From NCBI GenBank assembly GCA_947463125.1, contig CANHQZ010000004.1, forward strand, positions 22,838 through 86,837: DNA of 64,000 bases, read 5' to 3'. The notes under the pieces are model-generated. The model saw only the letters and a list, made by a program, of their open reading frames with translations. It was not told the DNA's origin and ran no database searches. Both the position numbers and the translations under genes were made by a program. Of the stretch, positions 45,186 to 53,945 are shown one piece after another; positions within the stretch are counted from its first letter, which is position 1; each line of letters opens with the position of its first letter. The stretch is from Flavobacteriales bacterium. Its GTDB lineage: Bacteria; Bacteroidota; Bacteroidia; NS11-12g; UBA955.

Positions 45186-48100
45186 TCAATCTCCTACGTA
45201 CACCACCTTTACCACAAACGGTTGGCCATTGACTTTTATTACCAATGGATATACCCCTTTGGCCAGCTGCAGTTTCTTCATATCCACCGACTCGAAATAA
45301 TTGCCCGGTTCCGCATTGTTCCACGATGTGGTGTAAACCGGTAATTGGCCGATGATATCATATAGCTTCACTTCCACGGTTTGTTTTTCCTTGATGCTGA
45401 ATTTATAGGTAAATACGCCCCCATTGGGGTTTGGATATACATAAAAACTGGCACCATTTTTCTGGTCAATATAGTTGGGGCTTGAAATTTGAACCGGTTG
45501 GGTAGATGAATCCGCACATCCCAGGCTGTTTTCTACCCTAAGTTTAACAGTAAACGTCCTGTTTTCGCGGTACATGTGGCGGGTGCTGGGTCCGGAACCC
45601 AATAGTCCATCATCATAAGACCAAGCATAGCGGTATCCGGGAGTCAGGGTGTCCAGCGCCTTGAAACTGCGTGTTTCCTTGTTGATGTAGCCTGTTATAA
45701 AATCCGCATTTACAGCAGGAACGACAGCAATAATACGTTGTGCAGTGTCTGTACATTTTCCGTTACTTGCGGTCAAGACTGCCCGAAAATTACCGGCGGT
45801 GCCATACGTGTGCGACGGGGCGGCCAGGCCGGAGGTGGTTCCATCTCCAAAATCCCATTGCTGTGCAAGGGGTTTGCCATCGGCATTGGTGCTTTTATCC
45901 GTGAAGGTAACAAACCGCTGTATAGCACAGGTGGGATTGGGAAGAGCCGTAAAATTTGCCACCGGAACAGAAGCGGCTACCATTACCCCTTCGGACGTGT
46001 CTGAGCATCCCTTGTTGCTGTTGGCGATTAATCGAATAGTATAACTGCCGTGCAAGGGAAATGCAACAGAAAATGTATCGCCTACTTTTACTATAATTCT
46101 TCCTAAACCCCATGTGTACTGAAGCGATCCTGAAGAAATAGTACTGTTGTTGTTTGCAAAGGTTCTTTCTCCCTCACACACTTGTGGTGGCGACATGGTA
46201 AATGCGACGTTGGGCATGGGATGAACCGTGACATCCGCAGCGCCGGAGTCCACACAACCAAAGTTGCTGGTCAGTTTTTGCCATATTTTATAAGTCCCGG
46301 CAGCACTGTAGCTGTAACTGTTGTTGCTACTGTTGATCAGCATACTGCCGTCGCCGTTTCTCCAGCTAACGGTAAATGAGCCTTCAGAAATACTGCCTTT
46401 ATTCGAGGATACGAATCTGTTGCCAAGCAAACACGATTGAATTGGGTTGACCGTGAATGCGGCTTTAGGCATGGCATATACCCTCATGAATTTATGGATA
46501 GTGTCTTTGCAGCCTTTGTCAGAAACACTGAACAGTGAAACCTTATAGGTTCCAAAGGCAGAAAATGATTTAACAGGATGGACGGCCGAACTGGTGGAGC
46601 CATCCCCAAAATTCCACAGATAATTCAAGGTTCCTGAGGATATGGTGGTTTTGTTTGAAAATGCAAATGTGTTGTTTTTCTCACACTGGTCGCTGTCGTT
46701 TACCGTGAATGCGGGTGTTGCCTGGGGCAGCACGTTTATGCCATTTATCACGCTGTCTGTGCATCCATAAATGGTTGTTGCCAATAGTTTTACATTGAAA
46801 GGTCCGGCCGTTGCATAGCTGTATACTGGAGATTTCTGTAAGCTTCCCTTTCCATCTCCAAAGGCCCACTGGTAGGTCAGATTTCCATCCGCGCTTGTGG
46901 ATTGGTTGGTAAATACGAACCGGTTCGCCTTTAAACACTGATTGCTATTGTTGGCAATAAAAGATACCGAAGGATTGGCATAAACCACGAGTTTTAAGGC
47001 GTTTGAGGTGGCGCGGCAACCGGCACCGCTTACCAAAACGCCTGTATAAACACCTGTGTCTGCAAGGCTTACGTTATTAAGTACAAGCAGCGAGTCTGTT
47101 TTGCCCGGCAGATTAATGCCATTTTTTTGCCACTGGAATGTGGTCGGAAGAAAGTTTCGGTTTCTTAGAACCAGGGTAACACTGCGCCCCTGGCATCCGG
47201 GGTTGATGCCGCTTTTAACTAAAACTATGGGGTTCGGGCTTGTGTTAACGGTGATGTATGCGTTTTTTCTCAGTGAATCAAGGCCGTTGACGCGCAAGCG
47301 TACAGACTTGGTTCCAGGATTGCTGTAGCTTACCTGGTGAGGTTCCTGCCCGGTGGCTGTTCGGGGCGATGCTCCCGAACCAAAATCCCATTCCCACCGA
47401 TTTACCAACCCTTCAGATGTATCGGTAAAAGTAATAGGGTTTCCGGTACATGTTACTGTCTGGCTGACTTTGAAATAGGGAATGGGCTGGTCAAACACGA
47501 AAGTGTAGTCTTCTCCCTGTCCTCTGGAAAGATTTCGGCAGGCATTTGTATCTATGGGGTTTATATCGGACAACAGACGGAAACGCAAACCGGTATTTCG
47601 CTTCAGCGAAGTTGCGGGAGTAGTAAAAGAAAGTGTTTTTGTTCCGAATGTATTGGTTGAGGATGCTGTTATCTCCCCCAAATAATTCTGAAATTTACCA
47701 TCGCCGTTATAGTCAATAAACATTCTCAGGTATTCCGAATTGTAAGGGCCGGTTTTGGCTGTTACTGTATAGCCGGTGCCGGTTTTAAGACGAAATACCT
47801 TACTGCTGCTGAAATCCAAATTTTCGCCATCATCAAAATAACCTCCGGTTTCGTTATTGTTGTCGGACAGACTGAAGCGCAACAAACCTATGACACTGTT
47901 GGAAGAAGAAAAAGTGGTGGTATTATAGCACTGGGGAGGTGTGGGTTTATCAAAGACTTTTAGCCAGGCTGTTTTGGTAAACGTGTCTGACCCCTGGCAA
48001 TTGGTTGCAATCAGGCGAATGGTATAAAGTCCCTTTTTGTTAAATTGGATGGAGGGCGCGTAACTTGTGCTGTCCGTTCTATCTCTGTAGGTGTAGTTGT

Positions 48101-50567
48101 TCGGCGAAATTTTCCATACGAGTGCACTCACAGAACCGGATATTTTTTCATACAATTTGGTTTTTCCGCCTACAGTTAAAACACTGTCGAAGGCATAAAA
48201 TCCGCTTTTGGGAATCTGGGTTCCGCGATCGTAAAGGTTTGAACGCCAAACCCCTCTTCCATAGGTGCTAACCACTATTTTGCTTTGGCTTTTTCCGCGG
48301 GGAGAATACCAGATATCCATATCAGTTACATCTGCCCATACCGGAAAATCTTTGTTGTAATTTACCCACTGGTTGCCGAGAGAATCCCAGACATAAATAC
48401 CGCGCTCCGATCCGATATAAACCATTTCAGTATTCGAACTGGTGTCTATAAGACACATGTTCAAGGCTCCGGCACCGGCCGGGGTGGCAACTGCAGTCCA
48501 GGTTTGGCCCTTATTGATACTTCTGTAGAGGGTGGTTGCATTTACACAATAAACGCGGTTACTGTCTTTGTGGTGTGCCTCAATCCAGCGTACACCCCCG
48601 GGTCCCGTTCCCAGGCTTACCCACGAAACGGATGCAGAACCGACGTTGCCTGTTCTTTGGATATTGCCGTTATTCTGCAACGCATATAGCATGGCGTTTC
48701 TGGCGGGTGAATTTTCTAGCATTCTTACCCCGCCAAAGCCGGTAGAAATGGCCGTCCATGTAGGCGGTGACGCTGTTTTTACGGCTGTCGTTCTCCATAC
48801 ATTGCCATAACCTGCAAACATGGTTGCGGGCTGGCCCTCCTGCAAAATAAACGGGGTAAGCCAGTTACCGCCTTCATTAATGCCCCCGGTGCCGTTGGCA
48901 CCTACAGTAGCAATGCTGTTTTTATCAACGGCCCGGTAAATGCGGCCAAACACATAAGAGCCATATACATAATTAGCGTCGGTCGGATCTACCTGACAAT
49001 CCATGCCATCTCCGCCGTAGTAGGTGTAGAATTCGTCTTTGGTGGTCTGGCTGCTGCCGTTGTCCTGATAACCCTGTGCGCCAATAAATTCATCGGTTTT
49101 GGCGTGAGCAATGCGGTAAATCTGGGAGTTTTGAATACCGGTGCTGATATTGATCCAGCGGCTGCCGGCGTTCAGTGTGTAATATACACCACCGTCATTT
49201 CCGGAGTATAATTTACTTCCGGTAATGTTAAAGTCAATGGCGTGCTGGTCGGCATGAATGTCGTCGGCTCCGTATCCGCCGAACCAGTGGCCCACCTGGG
49301 TCCAGGTAGTTCCGCCGTTCACACTTTTCCAAATATTTATGCCACCCACATATACCACTTCCGCGTTTTTGGGGTCAGCATCTATATCCAGGTCATACCA
49401 GCCTTGTCCGTTGGTGAGATCTCCGGTTCCGGCGGTTCCGTCATAATACCCCAGAATATTCGGGGTTGTGCTTCTTGTTGTGAAAGTAAGTCCTGAATCT
49501 GCACTCCTGTAAAGTCCCTGAAAATTCACGGAAGGGGTGGTTACAAAATACACGTAGGCTCTGTTGGCTTTGCTCACAGCTATTTGTCCGCGGCTACTGC
49601 CGGTGGGCAATCCGGCAGTGATTTGCACAAAGGATTGTCCGTTATTGGTGCTCCTGAAAAAAAGACCGTTGCGTGTTGCATAAATCAAATTGGGATTGTT
49701 AGGGTGCATCACAATGTCTGTATAATTTCCGGATATGATAAAAGTCCAGGTAAGTCCGCTGTTGGTGGTTCTGTAAATACCGCCATTGGTCGCAATGATT
49801 ATGATGGCGGAATTTTTGGGATGCATCACCATTTTTCCAACGGTAAGTGTGCTGATTCCACTGTTTCTGGCAGACCAGGTAATCCCGCCATTGGTTGACC
49901 ACACCACACCCATGCCGGGCGCATCGCCGGCATCGCGGTCACCGGTTCCGATATACATGGTATCAGGGTTGTTGTAGCTAAGCAGCATAGAACTCGCGCC
50001 AATCGTGTTCACAACCGGATTTTTTCCAAATAAATGAAGCCATGTCAACCCGTTATCGGTTGTTTTCCATACTCCACCTTGTGGCGCAAGCGCAAACACC
50101 ACATTAGAATCGGTGGGATGAAATGCGAACCCGTTTATTCTGCCCACGCCGGTTGGCTGCCCGCTTTGGTTGTATGGATGCTTCTGGGGCCCTACGGCGG
50201 TCCATCTCCCGGTTGCGGGGCAGGGTGCTGCCATGCCCGTTAAACCCTGTTGGTTGTTGCTTTGTCCGCTATTGAATCCGGTCTCATTCAGCGAACCCCT
50301 GTTCCATTGAATGCTTCCGTCGGGCAGCATTTTGTCTCTCACACGCCATTCCCAGCGCTTAAATACCTTGTAACCATGGCCGCGCGCAGGTACTGAGTCT
50401 TTCCAATACAGATCGAAAGCCCTTTTTACTTTGTAGTAATTCGCATCGGGTGCTTTCATCATCTCTATCCAATAAGGCTTTAGTGCGGTGTCATTGGGTG
50501 TCTGGGCTGATACTGTGCTAAAAAATAGTATACCCGAAAGGATAAAAATGATGCCGGGGTTTTTCAT
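45186..50567 (-). CDS. Giant (1793 aa) secreted T9SS cargo: BNR/Asp-box propellers, GEVED-like domain, at least 7 PKD domains, and a CTD
   Basis: Signal peptide MKNPGIIFILSGILFFSTVSAQ. At least eight S-x-D/N-x-G-x-T-W boxes (TTDNGLTW, STNGGITW, TTNSGLTW, SVNGGTTW, SINKGQTW and others). GQGEDYTFVF (GEVED-like). Repeated W.FGDG...H.Y...G.Y.V.L PKD units. C-terminus YVYPNPNGGVFTY...KGVYPLVIKVNG. Start moved to the ATG at 50567. Confidence 0.85.
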   Translation of the reverse strand: MKNPGIIFILSGILFFSTVSAQTPNDTALKPYWIEMMKAPDANYYKVKRAFDLYWKDSVPARGHGYKVFKRWEWRVRDKMLPDGSIQWNRGSLNETGFNSGQSNNQQGLTGMAAPCPATGRWTAVGPQKHPYNQSGQPTGVGRINGFAFHPTDSNVVFALAPQGGVWKTTDNGLTWLHLFGKNPVVNTIGASSMLLSYNNPDTMYIGTGDRDAGDAPGMGVVWSTNGGITWSARNSGISTLTVGKMVMHPKNSAIIIIATNGGIYRTTNSGLTWTFIISGNYTDIVMHPNNPNLIYATRNGLFFRSTNNGQSFVQITAGLPTGSSRGQIAVSKANRAYVYFVTTPSVNFQGLYRSADSGLTFTTRSTTPNILGYYDGTAGTGDLTNGQGWYDLDIDADPKNAEVVYVGGINIWKSVNGGTTWTQVGHWFGGYGADDIHADQHAIDFNITGSKLYSGNDGGVYYTLNAGSRWINISTGIQNSQIYRIAHAKTDEFIGAQGYQDNGSSQTTKDEFYTYYGGDGMDCQVDPTDANYVYGSYVFGRIYRAVDKNSIATVGANGTGGINEGGNWLTPFILQEGQPATMFAGYGNVWRTTAVKTASPPTWTAISTGFGGVRMLENSPARNAMLYALQNNGNIQRTGNVGSASVSWVSLGTGPGGVRWIEAHHKDSNRVYCVNATTLYRSINKGQTWTAVATPAGAGALNMCLIDTSSNTEMVYIGSERGIYVWDSLGNQWVNYNKDFPVWADVTDMDIWYSPRGKSQSKIVVSTYGRGVWRSNLYDRGTQIPKSGFYAFDSVLTVGGKTKLYEKISGSVSALVWKISPNNYTYRDRTDSTSYAPSIQFNKKGLYTIRLIATNCQGSDTFTKTAWLKVFDKPTPPQCYNTTTFSSSNSVIGLLRFSLSDNNNETGGYFDDGENLDFSSSKVFRLKTGTGYTVTAKTGPYNSEYLRMFIDYNGDGKFQNYLGEITASSTNTFGTKTLSFTTPATSLKRNTGLRFRLLSDINPIDTNACRNLSRGQGEDYTFVFDQPIPYFKVSQTVTCTGNPITFTDTSEGLVNRWEWDFGSGASPRTATGQEPHQVSYSNPGTKSVRLRVNGLDSLRKNAYITVNTSPNPIVLVKSGINPGCQGRSVTLVLRNRNFLPTTFQWQKNGINLPGKTDSLLVLNNVSLADTGVYTGVLVSGAGCRATSNALKLVVYANPSVSFIANNSNQCLKANRFVFTNQSTSADGNLTYQWAFGDGKGSLQKSPVYSYATAGPFNVKLLATTIYGCTDSVINGINVLPQATPAFTVNDSDQCEKNNTFAFSNKTTISSGTLNYLWNFGDGSTSSAVHPVKSFSAFGTYKVSLFSVSDKGCKDTIHKFMRVYAMPKAAFTVNPIQSCLLGNRFVSSNKGSISEGSFTVSWRNGDGSMLINSSNNSYSYSAAGTYKIWQKLTSNFGCVDSGAADVTVHPMPNVAFTMSPPQVCEGERTFANNNSTISSGSLQYTWGLGRIIVKVGDTFSVAFPLHGSYTIRLIANSNKGCSDTSEGVMVAASVPVANFTALPNPTCAIQRFVTFTDKSTNADGKPLAQQWDFGDGTTSGLAAPSHTYGTAGNFRAVLTASNGKCTDTAQRIIAVVPAVNADFITGYINKETRSFKALDTLTPGYRYAWSYDDGLLGSGPSTRHMYRENRTFTVKLRVENSLGCADSSTQPVQISSPNYIDQKNGASFYVYPNPNGGVFTYKFSIKEKQTVEVKLYDIIGQLPVYTTSWNNAEPGNYFESVDMKKLQLAKGVYPLVIKVNGQPFVVKVVYVGD

Positions 50568-50575
50568 TTCAGAAA

Positions 50576-50583
50576 CAAAAGTA
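50576..50583 (-). promoter_or_regulatory. -7 box TACTTTTG for the giant T9SS gene
   Basis: Exact TAnnTTTG match, 8 nt upstream of the ATG at 50567 and inside the longer track ORF, which supports the shorter start. Confidence 0.5.
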
Positions 50584-50714
50584 TCGCAATGTTCTTTTAA
50601 AATAATACTACATGGAAAACAACCACCACTTTTTAACTCCAAAAAGTTTGTTGGCATTAAAAAATCCGGGGTTATTCATTGCGATTTGTATCGCCATTCT
50701 GTTAATTTTGTTCA

Positions 50715-51044
50715 ATGTACGTTTCTATAACAGGCTTAAGGCCTAAAGGCCTTGCAGGCACTTTGCGGTTTTGGCTGCTGGCTGTTCCTTCCTTCAGGCA
50801 AGCGCAAACAGCCCAAGGCAATATGTTTTGCGCTGTAAAAAAAATAAACGGACACCAATGCACACTCACTGCCTGGGAAAGCCGGGAACAAATGCTGAAT
50901 TTTATGCGAAGCGGGGTTCACCTAAAGGCCATGAAAGCCTTTGGCAGTATTGCCACCGGCAAAACCTACGGCTATGAAACGGATACCATTCCAGGCTGGG
51001 ACGAAGCTTTTGCATTGTTGCAGGAAAAGGGGCGTGTGTATTGA
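50715..51044 (+). CDS. Hypothetical 109-aa protein (small alpha+beta, ABM/Dabb-like fold suspected)
   Basis: An ORF with plausible composition (MYVSITGLRPKG...TLTAWESREQMLNFMRSGVHLKAMK). I do not recognise the family with confidence. Confidence 0.5.
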   Translation: MYVSITGLRPKGLAGTLRFWLLAVPSFRQAQTAQGNMFCAVKKINGHQCTLTAWESREQMLNFMRSGVHLKAMKAFGSIATGKTYGYETDTIPGWDEAFALLQEKGRVY

Positions 51045-51131
51045 GTTTGTTTATAGAGCCAATACCCGTGTCGCCTGCGCGTCATTCTGGCTGGCTTTCA
51101 GCCCTGCAATTACGGGACCTGTATTAAAAAG

Positions 51132-51203
51132 TGACCTCGGCGAGAATCGAACTCACATCAAAAGTTTAGGAAACTTCTATTCTATCCGTTGAACTACGAG
51201 GTC
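51132..51203 (-). tRNA. tRNA-Arg (anticodon CCT)
   Basis: Hand-folded from the reverse complement: GACCTCG TA GTTC AACGGATA GAAT A GAAGT TTCCTAA ACTTT TGAT GTGAG TTCGATT CTCGC CGAGGTC A. It has a 7-bp acceptor stem, 5-bp anticodon and T stems, a TTCGATT T-loop, and U33 and A37 flanking CCT. No CCA is encoded, and a T-run follows. Confidence 0.85.
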
Positions 51204-51260
51204 AGGGGTTGCAAAGATAATGCTTGCCTGCTTACCTTGCACGGGTTAAACAAAGCAACC

Positions 51261-51509
51261 ATGGAAAACTGGAAAGAAGAAAACAACGCGCTGAACAAAA
51301 CCTTTGTATTTGCCTCATTTGAGGATGCCATGGCTTTTATGCAAAGCGCCGCTACCAAAATTAGCGCACTCAACCACCACCCTGAATGGAGTAATGTTTA
51401 TAATAAAATTACCGTGCGGCTCACCACCCACGATACCGGCAATACTGTAACAGACAAAGACCGAAAACTGGCAGCATTGCTGGACATTGCTTTTGCGGAT
51501 TTGTTCTAA
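51261..51509 (+). CDS. 4a-hydroxytetrahydrobiopterin (pterin-4a-carbinolamine) dehydratase
   Basis: FASFEDAMAFMQSAATKISALNHHPEWSNVYNKITVRLTTHD is the PCD signature. Start at the ATG at 51261. The track ORF from 51189 overlaps the tRNA. Confidence 0.85.
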   Translation: MENWKEENNALNKTFVFASFEDAMAFMQSAATKISALNHHPEWSNVYNKITVRLTTHDTGNTVTDKDRKLAALLDIAFADLF

Positions 51510-51544
51510 ATAAGTTACCGTTTGACATTCGCCATTCTCCGTCT

Positions 51545-51552
51545 TATATTTG
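51545..51552 (+). promoter_or_regulatory. -7 box TATATTTG for the mntA-hepT operon
   Basis: Exact TAnnTTTG match, 4 nt upstream of the ATG at 51557. Confidence 0.5.
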
Positions 51553-51556
51553 TGTT

Positions 51557-51847
51557 ATGACCACCTTGTCTGACATAAGAAACATTCTGGGAATGCACAA
51601 GGCCAGACTTACTGAAAAGTATGGGCTCAGTACCATTGCCGTGTTTGGGTCTTACAGTCGTGGCCAGCAAAACGAAAAAAGCGACATTGATATTCTTGTT
51701 GACTTCTATAAACCCGTAGGCATAGAATTTATTGATCTGGCCAATGAGTTGGAATTGCTTTTAAAAATCAAGGTAGATTTGGTTTCAAAAAAGGGAGTTA
51801 AACCCCAATATCTTGCAAACATTGAAGAGGAATTAAGCTATGTCTAA
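51557..51847 (+). CDS. mntA: MntA-type nucleotidyltransferase antitoxin (type VII TA)
   Basis: 96 aa with GSYSRGQQNEKSDIDILVDF (the GSxxRG...DxD minimal NTase motif). It overlaps the downstream DUF86 gene by 8 nt (ATGTCTAA). Confidence 0.85.
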   Translation: MTTLSDIRNILGMHKARLTEKYGLSTIAVFGSYSRGQQNEKSDIDILVDFYKPVGIEFIDLANELELLLKIKVDLVSKKGVKPQYLANIEEELSYV

Positions 51848-52103
51848 ACGCGAGCCCGGGCTTTTACTCGAAGACATTCTTGATTCCATTAGAAAAATTA
51901 AAGCGTACACCGCAGGGTTTTCTTTCGAAGATTTTATAAATGACACTAAAACAAGTGATGCGGTGATTCGAAATTTTGAAATTATTGGTGAAGCAGCAAA
52001 TAGGCTGCCAGATGAAATAAAGGACAAATACACTCATGTTAATTGGTTTAGAATAAGAGGATTCAGAAACAGGATTGTACACGATTACATGGGCGTTGAT
52101 TAG
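51840..52103 (+). CDS. hepT: HepT (DUF86) toxin, truncated by an in-frame TAG; probably a pseudogene
   Basis: 87 aa ending ...GFRNRIVHDYMGVD*. The RX4HXY motif (RNRIVHDY) is present. The same frame continues after the TAG at 52101-52103 for 25 more codons (TIVWQIIEHDLDSLYDEISKIRDTE) to a TAG at 52179-52181, matching the usual HepT C-terminal helix. Confidence 0.75.
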   Translation: MSKREPGLLLEDILDSIRKIKAYTAGFSFEDFINDTKTSDAVIRNFEIIGEAANRLPDEIKDKYTHVNWFRIRGFRNRIVHDYMGVD

Positions 52104-52277
52104 ACCATAGTTTGGCAAATTATTGAGCATGATCTTGATTCGCTGTACGATGAAATTTCAAAAATCCGAGATACAGAGTAGCAGCCAGCCATAACCACCG
52201 TGGCTATCCTTTCATTGCAGTATGTCGAATTTTACAAGGTCATTTGCCTAAACCCGGATAATTTTTGCTTTTCCCCC

Positions 52278-52285
52278 TATCTTTG
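52278..52285 (+). promoter_or_regulatory. -7 box TATCTTTG for rluB
   Basis: Exact TAnnTTTG match, 43 nt upstream of the ATG at 52329. Confidence 0.45.
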
Positions 52286-52328
52286 CACCGTAAAACCCCG
52301 CTGTGAAGCGGCGTAATTATTTGACATC

Positions 52329-53942
52329 ATGGCACCCAAAAAAGAAAACAGCCGCGGGAAGAAATTCCAGGATCGGCAACCAGGCGAAAAACGCCCACGC
52401 AAAACCGGCGATGCTCCGGTAAAACCTAAAAAATCATTCGGCGACAAACCCTTTCGTTCAGAAGAAAAGAAACCTTTTCGCAGCAGCAGACCCGGAACCC
52501 GCGATTTCAGCGATTCCCGAACTCCGCGCGGTGACAAGCCCTTCCGTCCCAAAAGAGAAGATGGCGGATTTAATCCCGAAGAGCGCCGCACATCCCGCCC
52601 TGCCTTCAAAAAACCATTTGACAACGAGGGAAGAAAACCCTTTAAACGCGATGGCTCCGGCGACAGCCGCTTTGGCGGCGACGACAGAAAAAAATCCCGG
52701 GCTCCCTTTAAAAAAGACACCGATTTTGGCGGTGGCGGCTATAAAAAAGAAGGCAACAACACCCGCATAGGCAGCGGCAGACCCGTTCGCAACGATGACA
52801 AACCCGCCCGTTCAGGTCCGCGCAAACCATTTGAAAGAGAAGAAAAACCCTCATACGGCAAGCGCAGTGTCTATGGTGGCGATAAGCCCGCTCCCCGCAC
52901 CCGCAAGCCGTTCGATAAAGAAGACAAGCCGTCAAGAGGCAAGCGCCCGGCTATTGGCGAAGAGAGACCTGCTGCCAGAACCACCCGCAAACCCTTTGAC
53001 CGTGAGGAAAAGCCGGCTCGCACCAAACGTGCAGCCTTTGGCGATGATAAACCTGCCGCCCGTAAACCCGGCAAATTCAGCAAAAACAAGCCTTCAGCGC
53101 ACGTAAAAAGCACCCGCAAAGGCGCTGAGAAAAACTATAAAGGCAGCCGCCGTACCCACGAAAATACCGGGCGCGATCTGGAAAACGCCAAACTGCTGAC
53201 CGGTGAAGAAGTTCGCCTGAACCGATACATTGCCAACAGCGGCATTTGCAGCCGCCGTGAAGCCGACGTGATGATAGAACAGGGCCTGGTGCAGATAAAC
53301 GGCAAGGTTGTAACCGAACTGGGGCAAAAAGTAAAACCCAGGGATGAAGTAAAAGTAGACGGCCGTCGGATTACCCCCGAAAAACCTGTATATATTCTGC
53401 TTAATAAACCCAAAGGCTATATCACCAGCACCTTTGATCCGGATGGTCGTGCCACGGTAATGGACCTGATCGACCTGCCCGGCAAAGAACGTATTTACCC
53501 CATCGGCAGGCTCGACAGAAACACCACTGGTGTTATGTTGCTCACCAACGACGGCGAACTGGCCCAGAAACTCATGCACCCCAGCTTTGAAATCAAGAAA
53601 GTGTACCGTGCCACGCTGGACAACAGACCCAGTAAAGACCATATGCTGGCCTGGGTGAGCGGCATTGAGCTGGAAGACGGTTTTATGGCCTTTGAACAGT
53701 GCGGATTCGTGGAAAAAGAAGACGAAAATACCCTGGGAGTAGAGATTCACAGCGGCCGAAACCGCATTGTGCGCCGCATGTTTGAACATTTTGGCTACGA
53801 GGTAAAAAACCTGGACCGTGTGTTACTCGGCGAATTTGACCACCTGAAACTAGGCCGCGGCAAATGGCGCTTCCTTAACGAAAAAGAGCAGCGTTATGTA
53901 GAGCGGATCAAGCGCAGCAATGCGCCCAAACGCAAGAAATAA
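52329..53942 (+). CDS. rluB: Pseudouridine synthase (RsuA/RluB family) with a ~290-aa N-terminal basic low-complexity extension
   Basis: S4 domain VRLNRYIANSGICSRREADVMIEQGLVQINGKVV, catalytic PIGRLDRNTTGVMLLTNDGELAQKLMHP, KVYRATL. Residues 1-290 are K/R/P/G/D-rich with recurring KPF. Confidence 0.85.
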   Translation: MAPKKENSRGKKFQDRQPGEKRPRKTGDAPVKPKKSFGDKPFRSEEKKPFRSSRPGTRDFSDSRTPRGDKPFRPKREDGGFNPEERRTSRPAFKKPFDNEGRKPFKRDGSGDSRFGGDDRKKSRAPFKKDTDFGGGGYKKEGNNTRIGSGRPVRNDDKPARSGPRKPFEREEKPSYGKRSVYGGDKPAPRTRKPFDKEDKPSRGKRPAIGEERPAARTTRKPFDREEKPARTKRAAFGDDKPAARKPGKFSKNKPSAHVKSTRKGAEKNYKGSRRTHENTGRDLENAKLLTGEEVRLNRYIANSGICSRREADVMIEQGLVQINGKVVTELGQKVKPRDEVKVDGRRITPEKPVYILLNKPKGYITSTFDPDGRATVMDLIDLPGKERIYPIGRLDRNTTGVMLLTNDGELAQKLMHPSFEIKKVYRATLDNRPSKDHMLAWVSGIELEDGFMAFEQCGFVEKEDENTLGVEIHSGRNRIVRRMFEHFGYEVKNLDRVLLGEFDHLKLGRGKWRFLNEKEQRYVERIKRSNAPKRKK

Positions 53943-53945
53943 TTT

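Noticed and set aside
50568-50657. A 30-codon upstream extension of the giant T9SS gene.
   Set aside because: An exact TACTTTTG promoter box lies inside the extension, and the ATG at 50567 is followed immediately by a typical signal peptide.
51189-51260. An upstream extension of the pterin dehydratase ORF.
   Set aside because: It overlaps the tRNA-Arg gene on the other strand. The conserved PCD sequence begins at the ATG at 51261.
52277-52720. A 147-aa minus-strand ORF rich in R/S/G/P/L.
   Set aside because: It is antisense to the low-complexity N-terminal extension of rluB, and its composition simply mirrors the K/P/F/G repeats.
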